From positions 1-64,000 of the forward strand of contig CAWJQU010000001.1 of the NCBI GenBank assembly GCA_963845145.1: DNA of 64,000 nt. Reading direction: 5' to 3'. This DNA is from an uncultured delta proteobacterium (GTDB lineage Bacteria; Desulfobacterota; Desulfobacteria; Desulfobacterales; QNYZ01). The position numbers and the translations under genes were made by a program. This document shows positions 63,254-64,000 of this stretch, in pieces (the stretch's first letter is position 1; each line of letters starts with the position of its first letter). The notes beneath the pieces were generated by a model that saw only the letters and a program-made list of their open reading frames with translations, did not search any database and was not told where the DNA came from.

Positions 63254-63331
63254 ATTAGACCAAATTAAATCAGGCCAGGTTAAATCAGGCCAGGCCATTC
63301 AGTCCGGGAAACATAGGATAGTCTTTTGGAC

Positions 63332-64000
63332 GTGAGCAGGGATATTGACGAAAAGTATATGGCCCTGGCCCTTGAACTGGCTGAAAAGGGACGGGGAACC
63401 ACATCACCCAACCCTATGGTGGGCGCGGTCCTTGTCAAGGACGGCCGTATCATCGGCCGGGGGTACCATGTCGCAGCTGGCGAACCCCATGCTGAAGTTA
63501 ACGCCATCAATGGCGCCAAAGAGAATCCACGGGACGCCACCCTCTATGTCACATTAGAGCCGTGCAACCATACCGGCCGAACGCCCCCGTGCACCCAAAA
63601 AATCATCGATGCCGCTATTGTGCGGGTGGTAATCGCCATGCCGGACCCCAATCCCCATGTGAAGGGTGGCGGCATCCGCGCTTTAGAATCCCATGGCATT
63701 GCCGTCACCTGTAACGTGATGGAAAAGAAAGCCCGTCGGGTAAATGAAGCGTTTATCAAATTCGTTCAAACCGGACATCCCTTCGTAATCGTCAAATGCG
63801 CCGCCACCCTCGATGGTTGGCTGGCAACACGAACCCACGATTCCAAGTGGGTGACTGGAGAATCGGCCCGGGGCTATGTTCATCAGGTTCGCCATGCCGT
63901 CGATGCCATCATGGTGGGGATTGGAACGGTTCGGGCGGACAACCCGAGCCTGACGACCCGGCTGAACAATCATACTGATAGTCATCCGAATGCCCCATTG
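63332..64000 (+). CDS. ribD: Bifunctional riboflavin biosynthesis deaminase/reductase, partial (runs off the right edge)
   Basis: TSPNPMVGAV, PHAEV, YVTLEPCNH.GRTPPC and AIMVGIGTVRADNPSL motifs. Confidence 0.95.
   Translation, partial: MSRDIDEKYMALALELAEKGRGTTSPNPMVGAVLVKDGRIIGRGYHVAAGEPHAEVNAINGAKENPRDATLYVTLEPCNHTGRTPPCTQKIIDAAIVRVVIAMPDPNPHVKGGGIRALESHGIAVTCNVMEKKARRVNEAFIKFVQTGHPFVIVKCAATLDGWLATRTHDSKWVTGESARGYVHQVRHAVDAIMVGIGTVRADNPSLTTRLNNHTDSHPNAPL

Overview
Bacterial chromosome segment, most likely from a sulfate-reducing Desulfobacterota (Desulfobacterales-like) organism; this is inferred from gene content and order. About 54.5 kb of accessory DNA abuts a core block (tRNA-Gln, gltX, rpmF, acyl-CoA dehydrogenase, acpP, fabF, rpiB, glyA, nrdR, ribD). 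From left to right: (1) 1-11.1 kb, a sigma54-driven two-component and transport cluster including a receiver-SLC13 transporter fusion and a GC-rich insert. (2) 11.7-19.3 kb, a satellite/IME-like backbone (tyrosine integrase, AlpA-like protein, primase-helicase, iteron-like origin, degenerate SF2 helicase) ending at a tRNA-Phe 3'-half att site. (3) A WYL regulator divergent from a dnaB copy, with a palindrome between them. (4) Two decayed copies of a phage-derived module (cII-like gene, dam remnant, conserved end) that each end in an attI-like site and lead into integron gene cassettes with attC sites; no integron integrase is visible. (5) acr3 and arsFG, hybrid kinases, a sucrose synthesis/phosphorolysis operon, CheB/CheR and an IS110 element. 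(6) An ORF-less group IIB-type intron inserted in an attC core site, with an EBS1 loop complementary to that core. Many genes carry single-base frameshifts, several of which are probably long-read sequencing errors. All calls were made by eye; no database searches were run.
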